This document shows positions 28,333 through 38,152 of a stretch of DNA of 55,106 nt, piece by piece (the first letter of the stretch is position 1; each line of letters begins with the position of its first letter). Location: the IMG/VR virus record IMGVR_UViG_3300036715_000866, positions 1 to 55,106 of that record. One strand, given 5' to 3'. A model generated the notes under the pieces. The model worked only from the letters and a program-made list of their open reading frames with translations. It was not told the origin of the DNA and ran no database searches. Source of the DNA: a virus (Duplodnaviria > Caudoviricetes). Position numbers and translations under genes: made by a program.

Positions 28333-28347
28333 ATGATGGCGTCACGA
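28333..28347 (-). promoter_or_regulatory. Putative late promoter TCGTGAC-GC-CATCAT
   Basis: ATG 28326 lies 6 nt downstream. Confidence 0.72.
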
Positions 28348-28350
28348 TGC

Positions 28351-28376
28351 AAAAAGCCCAGCGCGGGGCCGGGCTT
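28351..28376 (-). terminator. Rho-independent terminator
   Basis: AAGCCCGGC-CCCGC-GCTGGGCTT-TTT. Confidence 0.8.
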
Positions 28377-28483
28377 CTTCAACTTGTAAGGATTGCTTAC
28401 AGGTTCAGGCGAATGCGTTTTTCATGTCCGGCTCCAGTAATTGAGGGATGGAGCTATCTTTGGCGAGACGCAACGCAGCCATC

Positions 28484-28498
28484 ATGATGCCGTCACGA
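28484..28498 (-). promoter_or_regulatory. Putative late promoter TCGTGAC-GG-CATCAT
   Basis: Motif copy right after the ulx-like stop, about 110 nt before a terminator. Confidence 0.65.
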
Positions 28499-28500
28499 CG

Positions 28501-28824
28501 CTATCCGGCATCCTCGTCATGCAGCAGGAACACCCCGCCGCCCACCGGGTCTTCAACCTCGGCGCGGGTCAGGTTGTAGGCGGCGTTCTGGCCGTACTCG
28601 GCGACGGCTGCCTCGATGGCGGAATCGAGCGTGGCATGTTCCGGCATCCTGGCCATGCAGTCGGGGTCCATGTACTCGCCCAGCAGGTGCAGGCTGTAGC
28701 GGGTATAGTAGCGTTTCAGGAGCGCCTTGACGAAGAACCAGTACACGCCGAAGTTGCGGTAGCGGCGGGGGTCCTGCTGCAACAGTTGCAGGGTTGAGGC
28801 GGCGAACTTGTTGGGGGAGATCAT
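28501..28824 (-). CDS. ulx: P1 Ulx-like protein
   Basis: LLQQDPRRYRNFGVYWFFVKALL resembles my recollection of the P1 Ulx core (LLKNPRLYRSYGPYWPEIKKLL); ATGA-coupled to the darB-like gene. Confidence 0.65.
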   Translation of the reverse strand: MISPNKFAASTLQLLQQDPRRYRNFGVYWFFVKALLKRYYTRYSLHLLGEYMDPDCMARMPEHATLDSAIEAAVAEYGQNAAYNLTRAEVEDPVGGGVFLLHDEDAG

Positions 28825-31800
28825 GCGGCCTCCTTGCTTTTGGAGGCGCCTTCGGCCTCGCGCTTCTCGGCGATATTCAGGCTTTCCTCGATCACGTCTC
28901 GAACCGTGCGGTTTGAATTTCCAGAATACCGGTAATCTTGCAGCAGGCCATTGTGGGTTAATCCAAGCGCGGCCATGGTCATGTCGGCATCTCCTGACTT
29001 CTCCGCCACCTTGAGCATGGCCCGCAGTTCCGCAGCCGTATGGCCCCATCCCCGCGACATCGCCGCCAGCGCCTCACGCGCATTGCCTTCCGGGTGATGC
29101 TTCTCAGCCGCCTTCGCCATGGCCACCGCCAGATCACGCTGGCCGGATTCCACGGCCATGCGGTAGAGGGCGTTGTGGACGCTCATGTCCTGGGTGTGGT
29201 GATAGGCATAGGCATCGTGCAGGCCGGAATCGTATCTCGACTCGGGCGCCTTCGGGACCAGCGACTTCATCTCACGCCCCAGAACCCCGTCATGCCTCGC
29301 CTTCGCCCACAGGATCGCCAGCGCGCGGCGATTCCAGCGCACTCCGGCACCATGCCCTTTCTCCGGGTTGATCACGTTGCCCAGCGGCGCGGCCTCGCGG
29401 ATAGCCTCGGTGAAGGTCTTGGCGCGGCGCACCCGTTCCAGTTGCTGCTTCTCGAACCGCTTCTTGAGCGCGCGGATGGTCGGCGTGGTGGCACCGTAAC
29501 TCTGTTTCTCCTGGTTCTGGTCGTTGACCAGTTGCGAATAGGGATTGACGCCTCTCTGGTCATAACCGGTATCCCGGTATTTCGACATCGCACGGGTTTC
29601 CGTCTTCCCGGGCTTCCTGGTCACATAGTCGATGCCGAAGGTCCGCGTGCGCCGCGCATCCATCCAAGCATCCTCGACCTTCTTCTTGTTCTCGTCGGTC
29701 GGCAGCAGGAAGTCATGGGTACCTTCCTTCCCCTTGATTTCGTAGCTCTTCATCATCTCGACCTTGCCCGTGGCCTTGTTGACCATGGGGGTCTGGTAAG
29801 GGAACGCCACCTTGTAACCAAGGGCACCCTCGAACAGTTGCCGCTGGATGGCGTCTTTGTTGGCCGTCAGCACGTTCGACGGCATGGCGTAGACATCCTC
29901 GTACTTCTTTAGGCTGTTGACCTTTTCAGCTGCGGCCTTCTCCATCTTCGCGGCCACCTCTTTGGCCTCCGCTTCCGGATCGTACTTGAAGTGCGTGATG
30001 CCGTGGCGCAGGGTTTCCAGGTCGACGCTGTGCTTTTCGGTTCCGGCATAGTCGCGCACCGTCACGGTGCCGGCGCGCACGTTGACGCCGGTGACCACGA
30101 ACTTACCCTCGTCAACCCCGGCATCGTTGACCGCCTGGAAGGCCACGCCGGCATGGTAGGCTTCGCCGGTCTGAGGCTGGATCACCGTAGGCACGTCGGA
30201 ATCGAGCGCCGCCTTGGCGGTGAAGAAGCGGTTCGACTTGAGCGCGGTATGCGCCGCGTCGAGTTTCTGTTTTAGGCGCGCGGCCGTCGCCGTGCCCTTG
30301 TTCTTGAGCGCCTTGAACCCGGCCTTCAGTTCCTGGAAGCGGACGAATTCGCTCGCCGCCTTCACCCGCTCTCCGGCCTCGTGCTGCGCCGTGGCCAGGG
30401 CCTTGTCGGCCGCGAACTTGGCGCGCGCCGCATCCGGGTCGGCGGCCATCATGATCTGGATGTCCTCGCGGCTGAATTTCCCCTCGCGCGACAGGTTTTC
30501 AACCCGGTCGCCGCCACCCCAGATCAGGTCTTGCCAGTCCTTCTTGGCGGCAATCGCCTGGTGCCGGTAGCCATCGAACGAGCCTTTCGACAGGTAGGTG
30601 TGAATCCGCACCGCCTCGCTGATGTTGCCCTGGCGCAGGCCGCGCCCGTTGCGCTGCTGCATGCTGGCCGGCTCCCACGGCAGGTCGGCGTGGTGAATGT
30701 CAGTGGTGCCTTTCTGGAGGTTCAGGCCCTCGCCCATCGTCGCCGTGTTTCCGATCACTACCAGGAGTTTCCCGGAATTGTAGGCGTCGGCGATGTTCTG
30801 GCGCTTGACCGAAGACGATGCCACCTGCGCATTGATGACGCCGATCTTGTCGCGCGGAATTCCTGCCGCAACCAGGGCGGCAACGATCTTGTCGTGCGAG
30901 TCGATGTAGTCGGAAAACACTACCTGGCCGCCGTCGGCCAATCCTTCCGCGACATGCTTGGCCAGGGCCGCATACTTCGGGCTCTTCTCGCCCGCGTGCG
31001 CCACCGGATCGAGGATTTCCAGGTCGAGGGCGGCCTTGTTCATCTTGTCCATGATGGAGAAGATGTGGCTGTCGCCGGTAGCATCCTTGTCCCTGGCGGA
31101 TTCCTCAAGCTGGATGCGCAAGTCGGCATAGACCGCTTCCTGTGCAGGCGACATGGTGACAAAGTGGAGATGGTCGTCGCGCGCCGGCAGCATGAGTCCA
31201 ACCTGTTCGGCCGTGGTGCGGTCGATGTACCGCTTCATGATTTCGCGCAACTCGCCCATGTTCTTGAAACCAGAGGTAACCAGCGCCTCTTCGATTTCGC
31301 CGCGCGTGTTCAGGATGTTGTCCTTGGTGAACTCGCAGAACCGGTCAAGGAAGTCCTCGCTGTTGCGGATGCCGATGTTCTCGAAGGCTTCCGGGGCGAT
31401 GTGCGACAACATGCTGAAGATTTCCAGCGGGCTGTTCTTCGTCGGCGTCGCGGTCAAGCCGTAGATGCCCTTGCCGCCATGGTTTTCGAGCAGCCAGCGC
31501 GCCTTCAGGTTGAAGTCCATCGAGCGGTCGGAAAGGCCCTGGCCGCCAAGAAACTTGGGCGCCTCGCCGAAGCGCGTCTTGGCGGCGTAGAGGTTTTTCT
31601 GATGGTGCATTTCATCGGCGATCAGCATGTCGATGCCGATGTCGTTGAAATAGATGGCGTCGGTTCGCTTGCCGATTTCCCGCTGCGCGATGGCCTGCTC
31701 GTAGGCTTCCTTGATCCGCTTGCGGCGCTTGTCTCCGGCCTGCTCAAGGCTGTCGCCGCGCTGCACCCAGAAGTCCTTGCTGTAGTAGTTCTCCTTGGTG

Positions 31801-34800
31801 ATCGGGTCGAGGTCGAGTTCCTGGAACGCCGGCTCGCTGATGATCACGAAGTCGTAATCGTTCTGCGACAGATCGTGGTACTTGCGCTTGCGCTCATTGG
31901 CGTTGTCGTCGCGGCCGGTCAACTTGCCGTCCTTCATGGTGAATTCGGCGCCGATGGTCAGCACCTTGGCGCTGGGGAACCACTTCTGGCATTCCGCATA
32001 CCAGTTAGCCAGCACCGACTTTGGAACCACGATGCCCGGCTTCTTGGCGCTGCCGTTGATCTTCGACATGCGGGCCAGCAGCAGGCCGCGCAGGGTGTTG
32101 TGTGTGACGATGAAGTTGTCAGTCACATAGAGGCGAGAGGGATGCGCCACAGAGATGCACTGCGCCGGCTTCACGCCAACAGGCTCTATCGTATCGAAGT
32201 ACCTGATAGGCAGGTATTTTGTGCTCTCTCGGAATCGCTCGACCTTACGGCTATGCAGGAACGGGACCACTCCTGACGGCATGCGAACGCCTACTGTGTA
32301 GGCAAGTCGCCCGGTACGCTTCTCGCCTTTGTGGGTGAACGTCGGCGTCTTCGTCGATATCCACGCATTGCCGCCAAGCGACTGAACCAGGAACACCACA
32401 TCATCCGCAAGGCGCTGGCTGGTGCTTGTGTATTGCACGGCGCAGCCGTTCTTGCTGACATAGCCGTCTGTGTCCATCAGGCCGTGCAGCACGGCGAGAC
32501 GAACTTCAGACGAATTGAACTTGTAGGCGTCCGGAATGAACTTCTCGGGTGAATGCACCTTCATGCCAAGCACGTCCAGGACTGCACCAACCGCATTGCG
32601 GGTGGTGCAGTCGATCACGTCGCGGCGCAGCCTAAGGGATGGACGATTCCCTTCCGGCGCGAACTGCTTGCCGATCATGCCTGATGGCAGCATTCCGGCA
32701 ATCGCATCGAGAATGGCTTGTTCAGGTTTGGTGATGGCCGGAGAAAACCCAACCAGGCTTCCGTCGCCGATCAGCGCACCCAGCAGGTAGGGATGCAACG
32801 GCACTTCAGGCCCAGCGAATTCAACATTTTTTATCATTGGGATCGCGTGGTTCCTGCTACCACGATAGCGCAACGTCTGCATGATTTCGGCCAGCGCCCG
32901 CACCTTCGGAATTCCGCCATCGCCGCATCCGCGCCGTGCGTTGTTCTTCTCGATTTGCGTCTGCGTCAGCCAAAGATGCTCTGCGCAGCACTCTGTTGCG
33001 GCACCATCCGAGAAGGTGACGCGGAAAATCTCCTTCGCGCCCTGGGGGAACACGCCTGTTACCTCAGTGGGAGTCCCGTCACCAGCAATCACCAGATCGC
33101 CAACCTGAATATCGCCCATCAACTTCCAGCCGGCAGGCGTCAGAATCTTGGCGTCGAGCGGCTGGGCTTTCCCGAGCCCAACGTCTGCCGCGATGATGCC
33201 CTTCCCGGACGCCAGCGCCCACCGCAGGCCGGGCCACTGGTAATCCTTAATCTTGTCATGGTTGGCAAGGCCGGGAACATCTATCGGCTCGCCGGAGAAC
33301 TCCTTGGGCACGAATCCCTTGAACTTCCTGTTGTAGAGGTCTTCCACCTCTTCCCGGTATTTCGATGCGGCCAGCCAGGTCTTGAACTCGTCGTTCATCT
33401 TCTCGACCAGCGGCAGGTCGTCTTTCTTGACGCCGGAGCGGTTCAGGTACTTGGTCAGCAACGGATCACTGACCCCCCCCGAGACATAATAGACGCCCTT
33501 GTCGAACGTCACGCTGGATGGTTCGAGCCCCTGGTAATACGTCGAGGTCGGGTAATCGGCCTGCGCCTGCGCCACCTGGGCATCGCGCCAGGCGTCGAGA
33601 ATGCGCAGCGGGATGAAGGCGGAATTGACCTTGATTTCCACGTCTTCCAGTGACTTGGCGTCGATCACGTCTTCCAGGCGCTTCACCTGGGCTTCCACTT
33701 TCTCGCGCATGCCTGGCGGAAGCGCCGCATTCGCCAGCAGCGCCTGCGCGGCGTCGAGTTTCGGCCAGAGTTCGCCCGTCAGGTAGAAATTCATCGGCGC
33801 CCACCGGTCTAGGCCGCCCCAGGCGTAGCTGGCATCGGCAGTAAGATGGTCCAGCGTCTCATCGCGGTCCTTGCCCATGGCTTCGGCCAGTTCATCCAGG
33901 GTGAATTCTCCGCTTTCGTGCTTCAGCGCCAGGGAATGCGCCACCGTGTCGAAGGTTCCTTCGATGCGATCCGCCATGCGCCCGGTCACCACGTCGGATA
34001 GGGCGCCATCCTTGCCGACGGCGCCGATCAGGCGATACAGCGTCTTGTCGGTAGCGGCGGCCACCAGGAGGTTGGGGTTATTGGCCGGTACTCCATGCCG
34101 CGCCACCCAAGCGCGAATGTCGGCTTCCAACTTCGGGCGGTCGGCAGCCTGCCCAGTCATGAGCCGGTCCAGTTCGCCGGCCAGCGCCTGAGCTTCGGTC
34201 ACGGCTTCCGTCTGCATTGCCTCGTCTACGCGGCGCCAGCGCGGCGGGTTGCCCTGGAGCACGTAGTCCACGCCGTCGATGGTGCGGATGTCGCCCACCT
34301 TCGCTGTGTCCTGGTAGGGGATGCTCTTGGCGCCAGTCATGGCGCGGTTGCGCGCGGCGTCGTCGCCCAGCGCCTCCAGTATGGCTGGCATGTCCGGAGT
34401 GCTGCCGACAGGGTGCGGCACGAATTTGGCGATTTCTTCCGGTACGCCGTTCATCGAGCCGTTGACGGTGTAAATCTCCCCGAACGCGCGCTTGGCGGTA
34501 CCGGCGGAACCGAACAGGTTGCCGGCGCCGCGCTTCTCGAAGTAACCGCCGCCCAGGAACTCGTCGTCCCACACGCCCAGCTTGCGCAAGACATCCTGGC
34601 CCACAGTGCCTAGCGCGCCGGCCACCTCGTCGGGGCGCTTACGCAGGTAGATGATGTCGGCGGTCACGTCGGTGTGACTGGCCTCGAAGGCGCTGTTGGG
34701 CATACGCTGCGCGCCCAGGAACTCGGCCTTGCGCAGCATCCGTTCCCGGAATGCGCGGCCGTTCTTGCTGTCCATGATGCCGGCCGGCACGACCATCACG

Positions 34801-35969
34801 CACAGGCCGTCCGGCAGGGTCTTGTCGAGCGAGGTGTCGATGAAGTATTCCTCGGCCTTGCCCAGGTCTTTCTTGTCGTCCTTCAGCAGCGATCCGCGCG
34901 GGCCGTAGGGGGGATTGCCGATTGCGATGCCGACACGGCGCATATCCTGGGTGGCGAACCGCTCCAGGCTGGCGTTGACGATTTCATGGCCAGGATGCAG
35001 CGCCACGGCAATCTTGGAAGAAACAGGGTCCAATTCAACCCCGATCACCTTGACGCCTTGCGGCGCGGTATGCAGGAACACGCCTGTCGCGCAACTCGGC
35101 TCCAAGGCGGTTCCCTCCGGGAAACCAAGGCGCGCTGCGACAGCCCACATGGCGCCTGCCACGGCCGGGTCAGTATAGAACTCGTTGAGGCTGTCGCCGC
35201 AGCCGCCATTGCCGGAATATTGGCGCAGCACGGCAAGGTCGGCTTCGCTCATGTCGACAGGAGCCTTCTCGGCTACCAGGCGCGCGGCCTCGGCGTTGAG
35301 CGCGCGCCGTGCTGCCTTTCCGATACCGGCCGGGACGCCGAAGGTCGGCATCCTGGCTGGGTCGTAGGCTTCAGTGGTGGATGCCGGCGGCGTAGGGGTG
35401 ATGGTTGTTTCCACCTTTGGCGACTCGGCCGCCTTCGCATCCCATTCCGCCTTCAGTTCCGCATGCGCCGCCGTACCAACCGAAGGAATTCCGCCGATGC
35501 GGTCCTTGGCGAAGTCGGAGAAATACTTGAAGTCGGACGCCGACCGCTTTGCCTTGACTGGCTTCGGTGCGTTCGCTGGCGAAAACAGATCATCCACTGC
35601 CGGCGCCGGAGGGGTCATAGCCAACCGCGCTTCAACCGCATCCGCCGTGGTCTTCCCGACCCTGGCCATCTCCGCCACGAGGTGTGCGCGCTGCTCGCCG
35701 GTGAGCCCGTCCAGCATCGAGGCAATGCGGCGCTCGCCGCCCTTCTTGGCGATGAATTCACCAAGGATGTCGCGGGTTCCCTTCGGGGCCGGCGCTTCGC
35801 CGAATAAGTCGTTCTGCTCTGGAGCCTTCGGTTTGTCGGCGCGCTTCTTGCGATGGGTGGCGGCAGGGGGAACGAAGGTACCCTTCTTGTTGACGTATCC
35901 CGCCTGCATAACAGGCATGTCGAATAGTGCGGCCTGGTCTGCCTTGAGCAGAAAAAGAATGTGCTTCAT
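28821..35969 (-). CDS. darB: DarB-like N6-adenine methyltransferase + SNF2 helicase, intein-containing
   Basis: Start 35969 (MKHILFLLKA). EFYT, LEPSCATG, GNPPY; DVGLGK/T, DEMH, TATPTKN, GEGLNLQ, QRNGRGLRQGN. Confidence 0.85.
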   Translation of the reverse strand: MKHILFLLKADQAALFDMPVMQAGYVNKKGTFVPPAATHRKKRADKPKAPEQNDLFGEAPAPKGTRDILGEFIAKKGGERRIASMLDGLTGEQRAHLVAEMARVGKTTADAVEARLAMTPPAPAVDDLFSPANAPKPVKAKRSASDFKYFSDFAKDRIGGIPSVGTAAHAELKAEWDAKAAESPKVETTITPTPPASTTEAYDPARMPTFGVPAGIGKAARRALNAEAARLVAEKAPVDMSEADLAVLRQYSGNGGCGDSLNEFYTDPAVAGAMWAVAARLGFPEGTALEPSCATGVFLHTAPQGVKVIGVELDPVSSKIAVALHPGHEIVNASLERFATQDMRRVGIAIGNPPYGPRGSLLKDDKKDLGKAEEYFIDTSLDKTLPDGLCVMVVPAGIMDSKNGRAFRERMLRKAEFLGAQRMPNSAFEASHTDVTADIIYLRKRPDEVAGALGTVGQDVLRKLGVWDDEFLGGGYFEKRGAGNLFGSAGTAKRAFGEIYTVNGSMNGVPEEIAKFVPHPVGSTPDMPAILEALGDDAARNRAMTGAKSIPYQDTAKVGDIRTIDGVDYVLQGNPPRWRRVDEAMQTEAVTEAQALAGELDRLMTGQAADRPKLEADIRAWVARHGVPANNPNLLVAAATDKTLYRLIGAVGKDGALSDVVTGRMADRIEGTFDTVAHSLALKHESGEFTLDELAEAMGKDRDETLDHLTADASYAWGGLDRWAPMNFYLTGELWPKLDAAQALLANAALPPGMREKVEAQVKRLEDVIDAKSLEDVEIKVNSAFIPLRILDAWRDAQVAQAQADYPTSTYYQGLEPSSVTFDKGVYYVSGGVSDPLLTKYLNRSGVKKDDLPLVEKMNDEFKTWLAASKYREEVEDLYNRKFKGFVPKEFSGEPIDVPGLANHDKIKDYQWPGLRWALASGKGIIAADVGLGKAQPLDAKILTPAGWKLMGDIQVGDLVIAGDGTPTEVTGVFPQGAKEIFRVTFSDGAATECCAEHLWLTQTQIEKNNARRGCGDGGIPKVRALAEIMQTLRYRGSRNHAIPMIKNVEFAGPEVPLHPYLLGALIGDGSLVGFSPAITKPEQAILDAIAGMLPSGMIGKQFAPEGNRPSLRLRRDVIDCTTRNAVGAVLDVLGMKVHSPEKFIPDAYKFNSSEVRLAVLHGLMDTDGYVSKNGCAVQYTSTSQRLADDVVFLVQSLGGNAWISTKTPTFTHKGEKRTGRLAYTVGVRMPSGVVPFLHSRKVERFRESTKYLPIRYFDTIEPVGVKPAQCISVAHPSRLYVTDNFIVTHNTLRGLLLARMSKINGSAKKPGIVVPKSVLANWYAECQKWFPSAKVLTIGAEFTMKDGKLTGRDDNANERKRKYHDLSQNDYDFVIISEPAFQELDLDPITKENYYSKDFWVQRGDSLEQAGDKRRKRIKEAYEQAIAQREIGKRTDAIYFNDIGIDMLIADEMHHQKNLYAAKTRFGEAPKFLGGQGLSDRSMDFNLKARWLLENHGGKGIYGLTATPTKNSPLEIFSMLSHIAPEAFENIGIRNSEDFLDRFCEFTKDNILNTRGEIEEALVTSGFKNMGELREIMKRYIDRTTAEQVGLMLPARDDHLHFVTMSPAQEAVYADLRIQLEESARDKDATGDSHIFSIMDKMNKAALDLEILDPVAHAGEKSPKYAALAKHVAEGLADGGQVVFSDYIDSHDKIVAALVAAGIPRDKIGVINAQVASSSVKRQNIADAYNSGKLLVVIGNTATMGEGLNLQKGTTDIHHADLPWEPASMQQRNGRGLRQGNISEAVRIHTYLSKGSFDGYRHQAIAAKKDWQDLIWGGGDRVENLSREGKFSREDIQIMMAADPDAARAKFAADKALATAQHEAGERVKAASEFVRFQELKAGFKALKNKGTATAARLKQKLDAAHTALKSNRFFTAKAALDSDVPTVIQPQTGEAYHAGVAFQAVNDAGVDEGKFVVTGVNVRAGTVTVRDYAGTEKHSVDLETLRHGITHFKYDPEAEAKEVAAKMEKAAAEKVNSLKKYEDVYAMPSNVLTANKDAIQRQLFEGALGYKVAFPYQTPMVNKATGKVEMMKSYEIKGKEGTHDFLLPTDENKKKVEDAWMDARRTRTFGIDYVTRKPGKTETRAMSKYRDTGYDQRGVNPYSQLVNDQNQEKQSYGATTPTIRALKKRFEKQQLERVRRAKTFTEAIREAAPLGNVINPEKGHGAGVRWNRRALAILWAKARHDGVLGREMKSLVPKAPESRYDSGLHDAYAYHHTQDMSVHNALYRMAVESGQRDLAVAMAKAAEKHHPEGNAREALAAMSRGWGHTAAELRAMLKVAEKSGDADMTMAALGLTHNGLLQDYRYSGNSNRTVRDVIEESLNIAEKREAEGASKSKEAA
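32097..33167 (-). mobile_element. Class 3 intein with LAGLIDADG homing endonuclease (357 aa)
   Basis: GLGK|AQPLDAKILTPAGW...IVTHN|T; EHLW, AQCISV, THN (W-C-T signature); LGALIGDG and HGLMDTDG. Confidence 0.92.
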
Positions 35970-35995
35970 CGCCTGGTCCTGTGAGATTCCTGGCG

Positions 35996-36010
35996 ATGAT
36001 GGCGTCACGA
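35996..36010 (-). promoter_or_regulatory. Putative late promoter TCGTGAC-GC-CATCAT
   Basis: 26 nt upstream of the darB-like ATG, with AGGA RBS. Confidence 0.7.
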
Positions 36011-36015
36011 TTGTT

Positions 36016-36189
36016 TCAGTCGGCCGGGAAGCCAGACAGCGGGTGATACGGATTTCCCCGCCCCCACAGGCGTTCGGTGGTGGCGGTGAAGGCAATCGAT
36101 GGTGACGGCAGTTCGTGGCAGGCCTTGAAATAGGCTTCCACGCTGTCGAGCACTTGCTGTTGATAGATTTTCGGTGCGAATCCGGACAT
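36016..36189 (-). pseudogene. res: Type III restriction subunit (Res), 57-aa N-terminal stub
   Basis: MSGFAPKIYQQQVLDSVEAYFKACHELPSPSIAFTATTERLWGRGNPYHPLSGFPAD*, 3 nt after the mod stop; ends before the expected PTGGGKT. Confidence 0.7.
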
Positions 36190-36192
36190 GGC

Positions 36193-37905
36193 TTACACCT
36201 CCAGCGCGTAAGGGGTTTGCTTGAAGGTGATGCCCTCGCGCGCGGCGCGGGCCCCCATGCGATTGGCGGCGGCGTAGATCACTTTGGGGCCGTCGAACTC
36301 CGGCAGCACTTCGAACACCGGGCCGGTGAGCACGTTGCCGCCACCAACGGACTTATCCTTGAGGATACCGTTGTAGAGCAGGTAGATCGCGCGCCCCTCG
36401 TGCACGCCGAGCAGCGGCGAGTCAGCCTGGCCCGTAAAGCCGGTGCCGGTCTCGGCGAACCAGACGAACTCGGCCAGTTGCGCGAATTTCACGTCGCTGC
36501 GGATCTGACCATCTGCGTCGAACAGCGGCTCGGCGGACAGGCGGCAGAACTGGAAGCCGCCGCCGAGGCCTTCGATTGGGACTCGCTTCTTGCCGGCAAG
36601 CGGCGTGTAGCCCTCGATGGCCTTTCGGACGCGCTCGCGCGTCTTGTTCCGTGCCACGTCGTCGTTGAGTTCAATGAGGATGAAGCGAACGGGCGCTTTC
36701 AAGTGCTGATTCAGCCTGAGCACAGCGTGCGCCGTGGTGCCGGAGCCGCCAAAGCTATCGAGTACGAGGTCACCGGGCTCGACCACCATGCCCACCAGGT
36801 CGGAAATGACCTCGGAATCCTTCGGAAACGGAAACGCCCCGGCTCCGAGGATCGCTTCGACTTCCAGCGTGGCGGCCCGCCCGTCCTTGTAGAACACGCT
36901 CAGCATCGGCTCTTCGTCGATCTCGAACAGGTAGCTCTTGCAGTTCGGGATCGTCGTGTGGTCCTTGCCGAAGTGGATGCGAGGCGGGTCCTCGGCCAAA
37001 GCCGCCTTGGTGGTGTCCTCTTCCCATCGCCACCCGGTCGAGGGCATGGCGCAAGGCTGCTGGGTGACGGGGTGCAGGATGGGATAGCGCGGACGGTTCT
37101 CGCGACCATCATCGGGGCCCGCTAAGTTCGCCGCGAAGTACAGCCCGCGCTTATCAGACCAGTTGTAGTGCTTGTGCCCCTTGCGCGGATCACCCTTGGA
37201 CAGGGCGCGGTACCAAGCCATCATCTCCTTGCGGATCGCGGCGTGGTCATCACCGTGCTTCTTGCGCAAGCTCTCGTAGTGCTCCAGCACTGCGTCGATG
37301 CCCGGCTTCTTGCGTCGCCATCGGACATTTCGTTCTTTGAGCAGTGCTTTGTTGCGAGCGAAGGCAACGATGTATTCGTGCGTGACGGATACGAGCTTGG
37401 AATCGCCCTTCTTGCCCTTCTCCCAGACGATGGTGGCGACCTCATTGGAGGCGCCAAACACCTCGCGCATGAGGGCTTGAAGATTGCCGACCTCGTTGTC
37501 GTCGATGGAAACGAAGATCGCCCCATCCTCGCGCAAAAACTGCTTCAGCAGCACCAAGCGCGGGTACATCATCGACAACCAGCGGTCATGCCGGTCGAGC
37601 GTTTCGCCTGCCTTGCCCACCACCTCGCCCAGCCACTTGCGGATCTCCGGGCTGTTGACGTTGTCGTTGTAGACCCAGCCCTCGTTGCCGGTGTTGTACG
37701 GCGGGTCGATGTAGATGCACTTCACCTGCCCCGCGTAGCGCGGCAGCAGGGCTTTGAGCGCGTGCAGGTTGTCGCCCTGCACGATCAGATTGCCGCTCCC
37801 GCTGTTGCCGCAAGACAGTTCCGGCACCGGCTCCAGCTGGCGGACCGGCACCACCTTGTGGTGGTTGACAACGGCTTCTTTGCCGATCCAGTTGAGCGTG
37901 GGCAT
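36193..37905 (-). CDS. mod: Type III R-M-like DNA methyltransferase (beta class)
   Basis: MPTLNWIGK, GDNLHALKAL, YIDPPYNTG, FPFPK, LDSFGGSGTT, ITFKQTPY. Confidence 0.92.
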   Translation of the reverse strand: MPTLNWIGKEAVVNHHKVVPVRQLEPVPELSCGNSGSGNLIVQGDNLHALKALLPRYAGQVKCIYIDPPYNTGNEGWVYNDNVNSPEIRKWLGEVVGKAGETLDRHDRWLSMMYPRLVLLKQFLREDGAIFVSIDDNEVGNLQALMREVFGASNEVATIVWEKGKKGDSKLVSVTHEYIVAFARNKALLKERNVRWRRKKPGIDAVLEHYESLRKKHGDDHAAIRKEMMAWYRALSKGDPRKGHKHYNWSDKRGLYFAANLAGPDDGRENRPRYPILHPVTQQPCAMPSTGWRWEEDTTKAALAEDPPRIHFGKDHTTIPNCKSYLFEIDEEPMLSVFYKDGRAATLEVEAILGAGAFPFPKDSEVISDLVGMVVEPGDLVLDSFGGSGTTAHAVLRLNQHLKAPVRFILIELNDDVARNKTRERVRKAIEGYTPLAGKKRVPIEGLGGGFQFCRLSAEPLFDADGQIRSDVKFAQLAEFVWFAETGTGFTGQADSPLLGVHEGRAIYLLYNGILKDKSVGGGNVLTGPVFEVLPEFDGPKVIYAAANRMGARAAREGITFKQTPYALEV

Positions 37906-37975
37906 TCAGGCCATCCTTCTATTTTTTGCGCAGAGATGCCGGGGCAGCGCCACCGTGTTTTTCTTCATCCGCGCC

Positions 37976-38152
37976 CTAGCCGCGTACCCACTATCCAAGC
38001 AGCATTCCTCCCATGGGGCCGACGGCGGCGGAAAAGTCGTTGAAGCTGACGCCCTTTGTCGCCATGACATAGGGCGCCGCCATGGTGTAGCCCATCACCA
38101 CCAGCAGGGCTAGGACGGCGAGGAAGTTGGTCTTGCGGGTTCCTTCGGTCAT
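37976..38152 (-). pseudogene. Small two-TM membrane protein, possibly truncated by an in-frame stop
   Basis: MTEGTRKTNFLAVLALLVVMG...GPMGGMLLG*WVRG*; TAG at 37991-37993 where Tyr would fit. Confidence 0.5.

Noticed and set aside
35970-36095. N-terminal extension of the darB-like ORF; similar extensions at 5097, 21097, 44103, 46278
   Set aside because: They overlap promoters or neighbouring genes; downstream ATGs fit RBS or coupling better.
36016-37905. Functional type III R-M defence system
   Set aside because: res is only a 57-codon stub.
4949-38043. Long plus-strand ORFs such as 4949..6577, 18908..20284, 30381..32276
   Set aside because: Antisense shadows of GC-rich minus-strand genes with no motifs.
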